Shown: positions 48,701 to 57,272, numbered from the stretch's first letter. The stretch: 64,000 bases of DNA from a virus (IMGVR_UViG_2852055501_000011:1-64000), one strand, 5' to 3'. Notes: a model not told the origin generated them from the letters alone. Numbers and translations are program-made.

Positions 48701-49236
48701 GAGTTAAATTCCTCACCGCGCAGAACGCCGGAAGCAATACCCTGCGATAACTGAATGATGGCATTTTCAGCTTCCTGAGCGGTGGCGCCGGAAACAATGA
48801 AGCCCTGGTTAATAATGGTTGTCAGTTTCGCCAGATCTTCCGCTGATGTGTTGTACTGTCGTGTTCCGCGCTCAAGTCGGGCGTACAATGTCGCTGTGGC
48901 GTCAAGACTTGACCGGGTGTCCTGAGAGATATTGAATACACGTTCAGTCACTTCAACTAACGATTCGCTGGCACGGACAGAGTTCGATAGCTTGTTGTTG
49001 AGAACCGTCCAGGCTTCGGCGTAGCTGGCAACAGCAGAAGCAGATAAATACGCAGTCAGTGACGCAGCAACCCGCGACAGTGAGGCCATTGACCGCTCTG
49101 TGCCATTGACGGCGGTCGTTGTGCGGTTAAATCCGCCCTCCATATTCCGTAGCCGCTGATCCAGTTGACGCTGAGATGTCAGCAACTGCGCAACATCCAT
49201 CTGCACCTGATATACGATTTCGCCTACTTGTGACAT
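45775..49236 (-). CDS. Tail tape measure protein
   Basis: 1153 aa; QLSQGIASGVLRGEEFNSV and C-terminal GARKDGGPV..YRVGEGGKPE. Confidence 0.95.
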   Translation of the reverse strand: MSQVGEIVYQVQMDVAQLLTSQRQLDQRLRNMEGGFNRTTTAVNGTERSMASLSRVAASLTAYLSASAVASYAEAWTVLNNKLSNSVRASESLVEVTERVFNISQDTRSSLDATATLYARLERGTRQYNTSAEDLAKLTTIINQGFIVSGATAQEAENAIIQLSQGIASGVLRGEEFNSVSEQGSRLMVALADSMGVSIGQLRAMAAEGKLTTDVVVNGLLSQGAAIGEEFSKTTQTMSQALQEAGNNITKFFGNSSTVQSFIGGFNDSVVMVSENLDYLTNILVIAAGVIGSRYAGALALAGAAQVKKARDTMASASASRQAAVAERDAAAVLVRKTVADRDAAMSALNLARAEYQVARGSAAEATALANVTRLKTAYSNAAIIAAQANNTLSASQARVAATGLTMANALKAMNWLLAPIGGPAGAAMLAGAAVYYFFQKTEEARQEASKFADELEGLTEKMQSMNRVQLEGMIAKATQHMSTQKDEIKELGSEIDSLNERYKKAGERNYSLAGAESDRAKILNEIKIKQAELDTKTTEYSRTLNSTGLMQAKLNGELLQGADLLKAQSGSVLPNASAALKAYGLNLEDATRAKQRFNATSLTVERSQDGDKLLENLRKQNELLAITDDRQRAIATAKQKAEEAGVKADSTQMQQIENEAARSYDLADAKKETVRTSKAAASAAAKEATEAEKLKQKITDLANATKVAELETKGLSREAAILEAVQKLGSKANAAQIAEITELAGKEYDLTQKIKDRKDAFEQNPRVKADQDMKLAQEQLERQLKGKLVTEEQYQQRRAAIHAEYSRKISEETSNGQVNIVAENRAKIDPIQALANENAQKLALMESYYQAEQALLKQSQQDGQISHDQYIAAKQATDAQYLALKTAQDKQYQEQQLAAQWELLSQQSLGYDMLTSAVDSLSGNASNAITGLITQTMSWSDAARSLGNTMLNSVVNSIVQVGVEMAKNFILGQTLGVATQAANASAAVAGGAAALAAWTPAAIAASIATMGAASASGLGAYTAAQATGSATSIGMKALTIAGARKDGGPVSAGEMYRVGEGGKPEIFKASNGNQYMIPGDNGKVISNRDIGGGQVPVTVNINDYSSGGSRIDAQARQDSNGMTIDVFIADMDNKGPMHSAITRNTTASARVR

Positions 49237-49300
49237 TTACCGGCTCCTTAAAATGAAAAACCCCGCCGATTGGCAGGGTTTGGGTTATTATGTGTAACAA

Positions 49301-49828
49301 TTACTTAGAGCAAGCTTCGATGTTTCCTGTTGAAAGCTTGGGATCTATCCCATCAGGCAATACCACCCATTCAGTTATATCTTCGGCATATTCAAGGTTT
49401 TCCAACTCACCGTTTTCGTATAGTAATTTTAGGTTATCCAGCTCTTTTTTATCATCGTCGCCAATCATTGGATTGTCTGCCTCGATAAATGACTGAGCAT
49501 CATCGATAACTTTCGGATACACCCACTTGACGCTGACAACGTATGCATTTCCATCTTTCTTTTCAGAAATAACGCTATACTTTGATTTGCCATATAAATA
49601 ACCACTCAATTCATAGTAATTATTTGTTTCCGGCAGGCGATTTTTATCAACAAATATTATATTTTTTATACCATCAGGTGTGCATTGTTCTATTTTTGAA
49701 TGAGATAGCAAGTCAGTGTTCTCGGTATTTATGAATTCCAGCACAGTATCTGACGCGGTTTTTTCTCCACACCCAGCAAGGAGCGCGAGAGAAGATAGAA
49801 CAGAAAAACACATTAATGACTTTCTCAT
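49301..49828 (-). CDS. Moron lipoprotein of unknown function
   Basis: MRKSLMCFSVLSSLALLAGC lipobox; AT-rich; followed by a terminator at ~49255-49281. Confidence 0.75.
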   Translation of the reverse strand: MRKSLMCFSVLSSLALLAGCGEKTASDTVLEFINTENTDLLSHSKIEQCTPDGIKNIIFVDKNRLPETNNYYELSGYLYGKSKYSVISEKKDGNAYVVSVKWVYPKVIDDAQSFIEADNPMIGDDDKKELDNLKLLYENGELENLEYAEDITEWVVLPDGIDPKLSTGNIEACSK

Positions 49829-50163
49829 CTCCATCCCTCTCTTTTCATTTTCTCTGTAATTTCACTCAGTTTTTCAAGTTCTTTTCTCTTCTTAAGTATG
49901 ACTGAGTATTGTTTGAAACCATAATGAGATGGAGCGAAAAACTCAGACCCGTTATACATCGCTGGGTTGTTTTTCATCGCCTTCATAGCCCTTGAGGAGA
50001 GCGCTATCTGCTGCTCGCAAAAATGTATGGCTTTGTTTAAGTTGTCGCCTTTATCGCGCAGCTTATAATGTTTTTTAATTTTTTCTTGCAGCCCAAAGTG
50101 GATATCTAAAATTACATCATCAGGCAGATTTTTCAGTCCATCTAACCATTCTTCTTCTGTCAC
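49825..50163 (-). CDS. Moron hypothetical protein (helical, TPR-like)
   Basis: GTG start with SD; KAIHFCEQQIAL..PSHYGFKQYSVIL; ATGA-coupled to the lipoprotein. Confidence 0.65.
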   Translation of the reverse strand: MTEEEWLDGLKNLPDDVILDIHFGLQEKIKKHYKLRDKGDNLNKAIHFCEQQIALSSRAMKAMKNNPAMYNGSEFFAPSHYGFKQYSVILKKRKELEKLSEITEKMKREGWR

Positions 50164-50287
50164 ATCCCCACCCTCAATAATTAGTTTCCCTCATGTTAAT
50201 CATCTGGTAGTGCAAAGGAAAGCAAAAAGCCTCAGTTAAGAGGCGGCGTGTGATCTAAATTACAAGGCCGTCCGTGGCCTGTGGGTG

Positions 50288-51070
50288 TCAGAACAATTTT
50301 GCAATATTCACATTGTGAACCGCTTTCCATGCCGCAGCCGGATAGGAGTTCGCTTTTCCGTAGCGTTCATCAGGAACAGATAGAACCTCTGCTCCATTGT
50401 CGGCACACCATTTCTTGAGCGGATGCCATTTGAATTTTGTTTCGGTCATATTCTCAACCGCCAGAACCGTCGCATGTTTTTTACAGGCGCCAAGTTTCGC
50501 AGCGAGAGCATTCTTTTCACGGACAGCTACGGATGCAGTAGCCATTGCTGTGGCTTCACGCTTGCGACCAATCCACGCCTTAGTTTCCACCGCATAATCA
50601 CGCTCAGCGGCAATCATTGCCTTTTCTTTCTCAGACTTCAGCAGGTTTTCCAGCGCTTCGATATAGTTACCGGGTACCACTGCATTCTTGCGGGAATTAA
50701 AATATGTATCTTCCAGCAACTCGAAGTAGTCCCATGCCTGATCTGTTTCCAGCATTTTGGCGTGGCGTGATGCACCTCTCTCAGTCCAGAGGATAAGGTT
50801 TCTTGCGTGCTTGTTAACTGACCCGAAGTTATCGGGGCAGTTCTTAAACGCATGTAATTCCACGCCTTCTAACTTGAAGTAATGCTTTCCTTCAACAAAC
50901 CGGTCTTTGTTATTTGAGAAATTATCCTGGATATTTCTCGCGTCAGCTCCGTACCCCACCGCCAGTGATTCAGTAGTGATTACCTTCTGATCACGGTAGT
51001 AGACTTCAGGAACCGTAAAGCGACTTTGCGTGACAACTGCATTATTGTTTGCTAATGTAATTTGACTCAT
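50288..51070 (-). CDS. Antirepressor-like protein, ORF6N domain
   Basis: QKVITTESLAVGYG..NIQDNFSNNKDRFVEGKHYFKLEG and LILWTERGASRHAKML.TDQAW. Confidence 0.87.
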   Translation of the reverse strand: MSQITLANNNAVVTQSRFTVPEVYYRDQKVITTESLAVGYGADARNIQDNFSNNKDRFVEGKHYFKLEGVELHAFKNCPDNFGSVNKHARNLILWTERGASRHAKMLETDQAWDYFELLEDTYFNSRKNAVVPGNYIEALENLLKSEKEKAMIAAERDYAVETKAWIGRKREATAMATASVAVREKNALAAKLGACKKHATVLAVENMTETKFKWHPLKKWCADNGAEVLSVPDERYGKANSYPAAAWKAVHNVNIAKLF

Positions 51071-51137
51071 GAAACTTCTCCATCATGGTTAAGTTTGGGG
51101 ATTGCCAACAGTTCGCACCTGTTGGCTTTTCTGTTTT
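51065..51137 (+). ncRNA. Candidate sar-like antisense RNA over the RBS of the ORF6N gene
   Basis: GTGACA-N17-TAATGT inside the 5' end of the ORF; hairpin GCCAACAG-TTCGCAC-CTGTTGGC-TTTT. Confidence 0.5.
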
Positions 51138-51146
51138 TAGTGCCTG

Positions 51147-51713
51147 TCAATGTGTTAACCTCGCTTTTGAATGCCACTCCATGTGTTTCAAAGAACTAAA
51201 CAACGGGCCTTGCACGTCCTTTAAGCGCCCTGTCATTTCAGAATCAACCTCCATATTCAGTCTGCGCAACGATGGCGATAACATGCCGCCCCATATTTCG
51301 TTAATGCGCTTGATGTGCTTATAGGCCGTGGTGAGATTTCGTAACAGAAGATGCTCATCCAGCCCGTTAACTGCCACTTCACGATCCAGAATATCCAGCG
51401 CCCACTTACGGAATTGTTTAGCGACCGGCGTTGATGCAAACATAGCGATCAGGTGAGCGCCGCGCAGTGAGAAAAGGCGGACAACAACCTCAACTTCACC
51501 CGTTTTTCTAACCAACGTCATTTTGACGGTGGTTGTCATCGACTCCGTAAATTCATCAGAATTACGGGAATACACGCGACTAACGTTATCAGTCCGGCTA
51601 TAACCCAACGCTTTTGCTAACTCCGTTGATGTGAGCCACATTTGACCGTCCTGGTAAACCGGCTCAAATGTAATGTCCTGGAAAGTTAAGTCTGTTTTCG
51701 CTACACTGTTCAT
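51147..51713 (-). CDS. Antirepressor-like protein, Bro-N domain
   Basis: Likely start MNSVAK (P22 Ant-like); WLTSTELAKALGY..RNSDEF and RLFSLRGAHLIAMFASTPVAKQFRKWALDILD. Confidence 0.87.
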   Translation of the reverse strand: MNSVAKTDLTFQDITFEPVYQDGQMWLTSTELAKALGYSRTDNVSRVYSRNSDEFTESMTTTVKMTLVRKTGEVEVVVRLFSLRGAHLIAMFASTPVAKQFRKWALDILDREVAVNGLDEHLLLRNLTTAYKHIKRINEIWGGMLSPSLRRLNMEVDSEMTGRLKDVQGPLFSSLKHMEWHSKARLTH

Positions 51714-51785
51714 GTCATTTATTCCTGTTGAGGGATTATTTGATACTGAGGCCTCAATTGTTCGCGCAGTTGAGGCTTCTTCGTT
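51714..51785 (+). ncRNA. sar: sar-like antisense RNA
   Basis: TGGAAA-N17-TACACT promoter overlapping the first ant codons; hairpin GAGGCCTCAATTG-TTCGCG-CAGTTGAGGCTTC between arc and ant, as in P22 immI. Confidence 0.7.
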
Positions 51786-51954
51786 ACGGCATCCTGAATT
51801 CACCATTTTTAGCCATCTCCCTCACTATCTCTAAAATATACTCAAGCTGCACCTGAGTAGAGCGCCGCTTTTCACTGGCAACTTCATCAATCCATTTGCG
51901 CATATCTGGCTGCATGCGGAATGGGTACGGGGAAATTCTATTTTTCTTTTCCAT
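51784..51954 (-). CDS. Arc-like ribbon-helix-helix repressor (56 aa, not in ORF track)
   Basis: MEKKNRISPYPFRMQPDMRKWIDEVASEKRRSTQVQLEYILEIVREMAKNGEFRMP; AGGAG SD. Confidence 0.8.
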   Translation of the reverse strand: MEKKNRISPYPFRMQPDMRKWIDEVASEKRRSTQVQLEYILEIVREMAKNGEFRMP

Positions 51955-52006
51955 AAATTATCTCCTGTGTAGTATTCCAATTGCACATCTTCATGATGTA
52001 ATATCA

Positions 52007-52036
52007 GTTATAACCCATGACTCCCTAATGTGTCAA
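52007..52036 (-). promoter_or_regulatory. Pant-like promoter
   Basis: TTGACA-N18-TATAAC upstream of arc. Confidence 0.55.
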
Positions 52037-52059
52037 TATGAATTTTATAGAGTTCACAT

Positions 52060-52881
52060 ATGAAAATTGATGATAATTTTAAAACCCGTATTACCCTTGC
52101 TAGGCAATCAATGGGGTTAACACAGGGTGAGCTTGCTGAAAAAATAGGCGTTGTACGCAGGCAAGTCGCCGCATATGAGGCTGGTGATTCAAAGCCCAGG
52201 GAGAAAGTCCTATCCAACCTAGCTGCGGCCCTTGGGGCATCACCTGAATGGCTATCTCATGGACACGGCCCATCACCAGACCTGTCAAATGTAAGGAAAA
52301 CTGTCACTCTGATAGAAATCCCAGTGATATCACTGGTTAATTCATACGATTATTTTTTTGGAAAATCTACGGGCGATGTAGGGAATGCTATCGTTGACTT
52401 CATTCCCGCTCCTCTTGGAGCCAAGACAGATTCATTTGCGGTGGAGATTGCTGGTGACGCAATGACTTCATCTAGAGGGTTAAGCTTCCCGTCAGGAACG
52501 GTTGTTGTTTTTAATCCAACCGATCAGGCCAAAATCGGCGACTTTGTTCTTTGTGCTCTTCACCCAGATAAAGCGTTAACGTTTAAGCAGTTTATCTCCA
52601 GCAGGAGTGAGGCGCTTTTAAGACCACTGAACGCACTGTATCGCTCTATGCCGCTTAACGATGATACAGATATTATTGGCGTGGCCATCCACTCCCAGTA
52701 TGACCTGACCGCAAAAAGACCATTTTGGGATAGTTATCCAGATAATGATTTTAACCCGGAATTGTTCCCAAATGACCTCTGGATGGATTATGAAAAAGAA
52801 ACACCTCGGCGGGGGAGTTCCGTACTTTCCCGTCTAGACAAAATCGAGTCTATGCTTGAAAATCTGCTGAAAAATAAATAA
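52060..52881 (+). CDS. XRE-HTH plus degenerate S24 domain repressor
   Basis: ARQSMGLTQGELAEKIGVVRRQVAAYEAG HTH; FAVEIAGDAM has Ala at the catalytic Ser position; TFKQ lysine retained; no Ala-Gly after IPVIS. Confidence 0.88.
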   Translation: MKIDDNFKTRITLARQSMGLTQGELAEKIGVVRRQVAAYEAGDSKPREKVLSNLAAALGASPEWLSHGHGPSPDLSNVRKTVTLIEIPVISLVNSYDYFFGKSTGDVGNAIVDFIPAPLGAKTDSFAVEIAGDAMTSSRGLSFPSGTVVVFNPTDQAKIGDFVLCALHPDKALTFKQFISSRSEALLRPLNALYRSMPLNDDTDIIGVAIHSQYDLTAKRPFWDSYPDNDFNPELFPNDLWMDYEKETPRRGSSVLSRLDKIESMLENLLKNK

Positions 52882-52898
52882 GCCCCGGAAGGGGCTTA
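52880..52898. terminator. Bidirectional hairpin between convergent genes
   Basis: AAGCCCC-GGAA-GGGGCTT. Confidence 0.6.
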
Positions 52899-52899
52899 G

Positions 52900-53592
52900 T
52901 CACGCCTTCTTCCTGCTCACCAGCCGACGCTTGCCCTTAATCAGGTCATCGTTGCGTGCATCATCGGCTTTGGTGATGGCCTCATACTCATCTTTCGTGA
53001 AACCTTTCTCATCGGGATATTTCGCCTTCAGCATCATCACGAACTCAGTCATTGTGAGTTGTTCCGCTTCGCTGCGGGTGATGTTGAAATGCACACGGGC
53101 GGCACTGATGTAATCGACGGCGCGGAACTCGTCGGAGTATTCGTCTTTACCTTCGTTGCGCTGGAGTTTGCGCACCTTGGCCTTGCCGATAATGCCGTGG
53201 GTCATTAGCTCGCGCGCCAGCAGGATGATATCGCGATAATGCATAGCGCCGAACCGGTACACCATGCCGGATTTTCCAACCCGCCATTCACCGATAACCT
53301 CAGAACAGTCATCGTCACAACATGCCTGCATCACGTCCATTGCTGTCGATAAAATGCTGCGCCCGTAAACCGGTTTATTTAACAGTGCAATCAGCCATTC
53401 AGGAACCACTCCGTAAGCGTCTACAGCAGACGCTATAATTTGTTGTACCTCTGCGCCATTTAATTGCGTAAACGCACTCACAATCTCTTTAGGCTCACCG
53501 ATTCGCGTCATGGCATCCAGCGACGGGCGGAACAGGTAATCATTTTCGGCAGTGGATATCACCATCTCGCCGTATTCTAAACGCGGTGTCAT
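52900..53592 (-). CDS. Probable tail assembly chaperone
   Basis: Follows the major tail gene; YLFRPSLDAMTRIG and EAEQLTMTEF motifs. Confidence 0.7.
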   Translation of the reverse strand: MTPRLEYGEMVISTAENDYLFRPSLDAMTRIGEPKEIVSAFTQLNGAEVQQIIASAVDAYGVVPEWLIALLNKPVYGRSILSTAMDVMQACCDDDCSEVIGEWRVGKSGMVYRFGAMHYRDIILLARELMTHGIIGKAKVRKLQRNEGKDEYSDEFRAVDYISAARVHFNITRSEAEQLTMTEFVMMLKAKYPDEKGFTKDEYEAITKADDARNDDLIKGKRRLVSRKKA

Positions 53593-53642
53593 ATATCCTC
53601 CTGAACATTATCAAGGGCACTCGGAGATGCCCTTTGTAATAT

Positions 53643-54398
53643 TTAGGCCGCAGTGACTGTAACGACACATTTCGCCGTCTTACTGCCATCTTCCGATGTG
53701 ACTGTAATATTCGCGGTACCGGCGGCGACACCGGTTACAGTGACAACATTCAGCAGCTTACTGACGGTAGCGAAGTTAGGCTTATCGCTGACCACTTCGT
53801 AATTTTTGTTTGTCGCATCAACCGGAGTAAATCCGACAGTGAACGAGGCAGTTTCACCAGCCTTCACTGTCAGTGTCGCAGGGTTGGCGGTGATGCTCTG
53901 CACCACGATTTCTTCCTGCAACCACTCAAAGCTGTCAGCGTCTGCGACTTTCAGCTCACCGGAATACGTGGCGATCTCTTTGGTCGGGAACTCCATCGAC
54001 CATGATGTGAAGTTCATATACCCCTGAATCACATCACTGCCATCACCTTTCATGTCGAGCTGCACCCAATATGACGGCTGACGGCTGGCCTTGACTTCAG
54101 CAAGGATTTCTTTGGCAATATCAAAAGCAGACGTGGAACCATCAGCACCTTTGCGCTTCAGCTCACCATCAAACTTAATGGTCAAGTCCAGACCGGTCAC
54201 GATGGCCTCGGTCAGCCCTTTTGTGTCGTCTGCTTTGGAAGTAACTGTTTCAGTACCGTAATCCAGCCCTTTACTGGTCAGTGCGCCGAGACGCAGAAAC
54301 GCGGACTGTTCAGGAACCGTACCGGGGCAACCGGGCGCGATGCGGAGAATCCCCGCATTACCCATCACCAGGCCTTTATCATCAGGGCATTGTGCCAT
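53643..54398 (-). CDS. Major tail tube protein with C-terminal Ig-like (Big_2) domain
   Basis: Tube domain followed in frame by VQSITANP..PVDATNK..VTGVAAGTANITVTSEDGSKTAKCVVTV. Confidence 0.88.
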   Translation of the reverse strand: MAQCPDDKGLVMGNAGILRIAPGCPGTVPEQSAFLRLGALTSKGLDYGTETVTSKADDTKGLTEAIVTGLDLTIKFDGELKRKGADGSTSAFDIAKEILAEVKASRQPSYWVQLDMKGDGSDVIQGYMNFTSWSMEFPTKEIATYSGELKVADADSFEWLQEEIVVQSITANPATLTVKAGETASFTVGFTPVDATNKNYEVVSDKPNFATVSKLLNVVTVTGVAAGTANITVTSEDGSKTAKCVVTVTAA

Positions 54399-54462
54399 GT
54401 TGTAACCTCTTTATTTGCAAATAAAAAAGGCCGCATAAGCGACCTGTTTGAAGTGTGTTAGT

Positions 54463-54831
54463 TCAGGATGTGCAGCGGAAAGCCAATTGCATGATGAACC
54501 GGCCTTCTTCTGTCGGTACCGGCTTAGGCATGCCGCCAAGGTTGTAAACTGAGTTGAGTTCGCAATCGTCCGGAAACTCGGATACGAAACTGAGAATGTC
54601 TTTCGCCCTGGTTAACACCGGCTCCGGATCATTCTGTGCGGACACCAGAATCAGCATTACATTGTCATCTGCGCCAAGGTCAGAAAACCTGCCGCTGCCG
54701 CCGTCAGGCTGAATAACGGCATATTGCTGTGTGCGTGACTCCGGCTCTTCTGTCCATGTCAGGTACTGAACAGTGAAGTCATCCAGCAGGCCGACGCGGT
54801 TCAGATAACGCTCAAACGCTTCGTGTATCAT
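54463..54831 (-). CDS. Tail terminator-like protein
   Basis: Position before the major tail gene; GGMPKPVPTEEGR. Confidence 0.7.
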   Translation of the reverse strand: MIHEAFERYLNRVGLLDDFTVQYLTWTEEPESRTQQYAVIQPDGGSGRFSDLGADDNVMLILVSAQNDPEPVLTRAKDILSFVSEFPDDCELNSVYNLGGMPKPVPTEEGRFIMQLAFRCTS

Positions 54832-55196
54832 ATGCGCATCTCCTGATGCATGGCCGCTTCAATCTCATCGCGACTCTCTTCAAATCCCAGCGTGAGGAAC
54901 TCTTTTCGCGCAGTGGCACGCCGGAATGTCTGCTTAACTTTCGGGTCATGAACAAATACCGCGTAGTTGGCAGAATACCCGACACGACCGGTAACGCGGG
55001 TGCCGTTCACTGTGATTTCACGGAACTGAGAGTTGATAAGTGTTGATGTGTCGATAGGCGTGAACAGCGTGGCCTGAGCGCCACCAATCAGCATTGCTGC
55101 CTGTATTGCGCGTGTAACTTTGCGCCCTGTGATATTGCCGACCAGTGCATTGATATTGGCGCTGACCTCTGCGATACCTCTGATTTTCGCTGCCAT
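54828..55196 (-). CDS. Tail completion / neck protein
   Basis: TPIDTSTLINS..VGYSANYAVFVH..EFL motifs. Confidence 0.78.
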   Translation of the reverse strand: MAAKIRGIAEVSANINALVGNITGRKVTRAIQAAMLIGGAQATLFTPIDTSTLINSQFREITVNGTRVTGRVGYSANYAVFVHDPKVKQTFRRATARKEFLTLGFEESRDEIEAAMHQEMRI

Positions 55197-55197
55197 A

Positions 55198-55539
55198 TCA
55201 CACCGCCGTTATCAGGGTGTAGTCATCCGCTATATGCTCGAATACGTCCTCATCACGCTTGATGAATTTGATTTCGTCAGCACCGGCAGATACCGGATCA
55301 CCTGAGTGCTTGCCGATAGCAATAAAGTCACCTTTCTTCGCATCAGCATACTCAGTCCAGAATACCAGTTTGATAGTGATTTCAGAGCCGATATCAATCT
55401 TTCCGCCCTTAAGCTCACTACCATAGCCACACAGGAAATAAACCGGCTCCGAAAATTCGGGCTTACCGTATCTGTCCTTTCCGGCAAGCCGCCACAACGT
55501 AGCCCATGAGGTATACGCCCAATTAGCAACTGAACTCAT
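55198..55539 (-). CDS. Head closure protein
   Basis: Position and size; coupled to neighbouring genes. Confidence 0.65.
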   Translation of the reverse strand: MSSVANWAYTSWATLWRLAGKDRYGKPEFSEPVYFLCGYGSELKGGKIDIGSEITIKLVFWTEYADAKKGDFIAIGKHSGDPVSAGADEIKFIKRDEDVFEHIADDYTLITAV

Positions 55540-55907
55540 CGATACCCCCCGACCACACCGAAGAAGCCAACCGTTTTGCTCGACAACGGCAAATCAGAGA
55601 GACACCCGGCACTGTCCCATGCGCGGATCTGGTTCAGCAGATAATCAGTACCGGCAGAATCATATGCGAAAGAACGAGACGCCCCGTTAGGGGCGCTCTG
55701 TGATGATATCTTTCGTGCGCCAGACAGCGAGGCCAACCGGACAGCGGTGTAAATCAGCAGCAGTTTCTGCGTGGTTTCGTCGTAGTTGGCTTCGAGACAC
55801 CCGGACTTTGCATTAACCTGACTCAGTAACAGCGACAGCACAGAATCAGGCAATGTAAACCCGAGTTCCGCAATCATCGGCTTTACGTCATCAAGAGTTA
55901 TCTGCAT
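55536..55907 (-). CDS. Head-tail adaptor
   Basis: ISSQSAPNGASRSF..DSAGC; position after the capsid genes. Confidence 0.68.
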   Translation of the reverse strand: MQITLDDVKPMIAELGFTLPDSVLSLLLSQVNAKSGCLEANYDETTQKLLLIYTAVRLASLSGARKISSQSAPNGASRSFAYDSAGTDYLLNQIRAWDSAGCLSDLPLSSKTVGFFGVVGGYR

Positions 55908-56176
55908 TATTTTTTACCGTTCTGTTTTGCCTTTGGCTGTTCAGGCTGTTCAGGCTGTTCAGGCTGTTCAGGCTGTTCAGGCTGTTCAGGCTGTTCAGAA
56001 TCGTCGTTACCAGGCGATGCTACTTCAATATCACCCGATGCGATAATCTCAACCAGACCGGCCTTTTCCCATTCTTTCGCGCTTTCATCTGACATTGTCA
56101 GTTGGCTACCGGCTTCCACAGGCTGGAAACCGGCACCGGCGAAGACGTTATTTGAAACTACTTTTACCAGTGCCAT
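55907..56176 (-). CDS. Small head-region protein with (EQP)7 repeat
   Basis: 89 aa ORF directly after the major capsid gene. Confidence 0.7.
   Translation of the reverse strand: MALVKVVSNNVFAGAGFQPVEAGSQLTMSDESAKEWEKAGLVEIIASGDIEVASPGNDDSEQPEQPEQPEQPEQPEQPEQPKAKQNGKK
55935..55997. repeat. Perfect 9 bp tandem repeat x7 (GGCTGTTCA)
   Basis: Counted directly; in frame, encodes EQP. Confidence 0.95.
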
Positions 56177-56185
56177 AAATCCCCC

Positions 56186-57262
56186 TTATGCGCCTTTCGC
56201 GTGAACGACTGAGAAGTGACCGACGATGTCCTGCTTAACCATCAGACCGGCAGCGCCCCATGTGCGCCATACGTAATCTGAGTTATAGAACTGACGCGGG
56301 TCTGCAACAGTACCGAACGCCTGACCGACAATCGGAGCGATAACGCCGGCGCCCAGCGGAACGATCAGCATTTCATTGCCTTTCAGCTCGTAATCTTCTT
56401 TGATGTCTTTGATGCCGGTGATTTTCTTCACTTCGTCCAGGATGGTGCGGGTCTGGTTAACATCGAAATACACGCTTTCCCAGTTTGACAGGATTTCACC
56501 TGACACATACCAGGTCTGCTCACCGTACTGCAGGTTTTGCAGTTTCAGCACGTCACGCAGTTTGATGATTTCTGTGCGGATTTTCTTTCCGTCCTGTTCG
56601 GTGGCAAAGTTTACCGTCAGTGTCACCTGGGCTACGCGCTCATCAGCACGGATACCCTTCCATGATTTGCCATCAAACTTGATGAAATTACCTTCAGAAT
56701 CACGGAACCCGTTCCAGATAAAGTCAACGTATTTGCGGCGGACAGTATCAACAGAATCAGACTGCGCATCGGACAGAGAGGCCAGTGCGGAACCTTTCGC
56801 GAAGATTGGGTCACGGAAGCCAAACTTAAAGCCAGTATCGTGAATCGGCACCATAGTACCGTCGAAAGTGAACGCGCCAGCATCCAGCAACGCACCAATC
56901 TGTCCGGACATTGACGTATGAGCCACGCCACCACTGCCTTTGCGGGCATATTCATACACGGATTCTTCCAGACGCACGGAGCGGGAAAGCCCCATCAGGT
57001 CATTCAGCAGGGTAAATTCGGTATTCGGCTGAAACTCGGACAGAACAGTCTGGTCGTATGCTTTATATAGGCGGCGGATGTCATCAACTGCGTTAGCGGC
57101 ATCAACTCTGATTGCGCCGTTACCGCGTGAATTGGCGCGGATAATGAACTCAGCAACAGCCTGCGAGGATGCGTCACGGGCAATCTGCAGTTCGCCAAAC
57201 TGCGCCGTATTTGCTTCAAGGTTGCCGGTTTCGGTCGCTTTTTTGGTTGAAAAATAAAACAT
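56186..57262 (-). CDS. Major capsid protein
   Basis: ~358 aa from MFYFST; DGTMVPIHDTGF and C-terminal WGAAGLMVKQD; position after the decoration gene. Confidence 0.8.
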   Translation of the reverse strand: MFYFSTKKATETGNLEANTAQFGELQIARDASSQAVAEFIIRANSRGNGAIRVDAANAVDDIRRLYKAYDQTVLSEFQPNTEFTLLNDLMGLSRSVRLEESVYEYARKGSGGVAHTSMSGQIGALLDAGAFTFDGTMVPIHDTGFKFGFRDPIFAKGSALASLSDAQSDSVDTVRRKYVDFIWNGFRDSEGNFIKFDGKSWKGIRADERVAQVTLTVNFATEQDGKKIRTEIIKLRDVLKLQNLQYGEQTWYVSGEILSNWESVYFDVNQTRTILDEVKKITGIKDIKEDYELKGNEMLIVPLGAGVIAPIVGQAFGTVADPRQFYNSDYVWRTWGAAGLMVKQDIVGHFSVVHAKGA

Positions 57263-57272
57263 TCGGTTCTCC

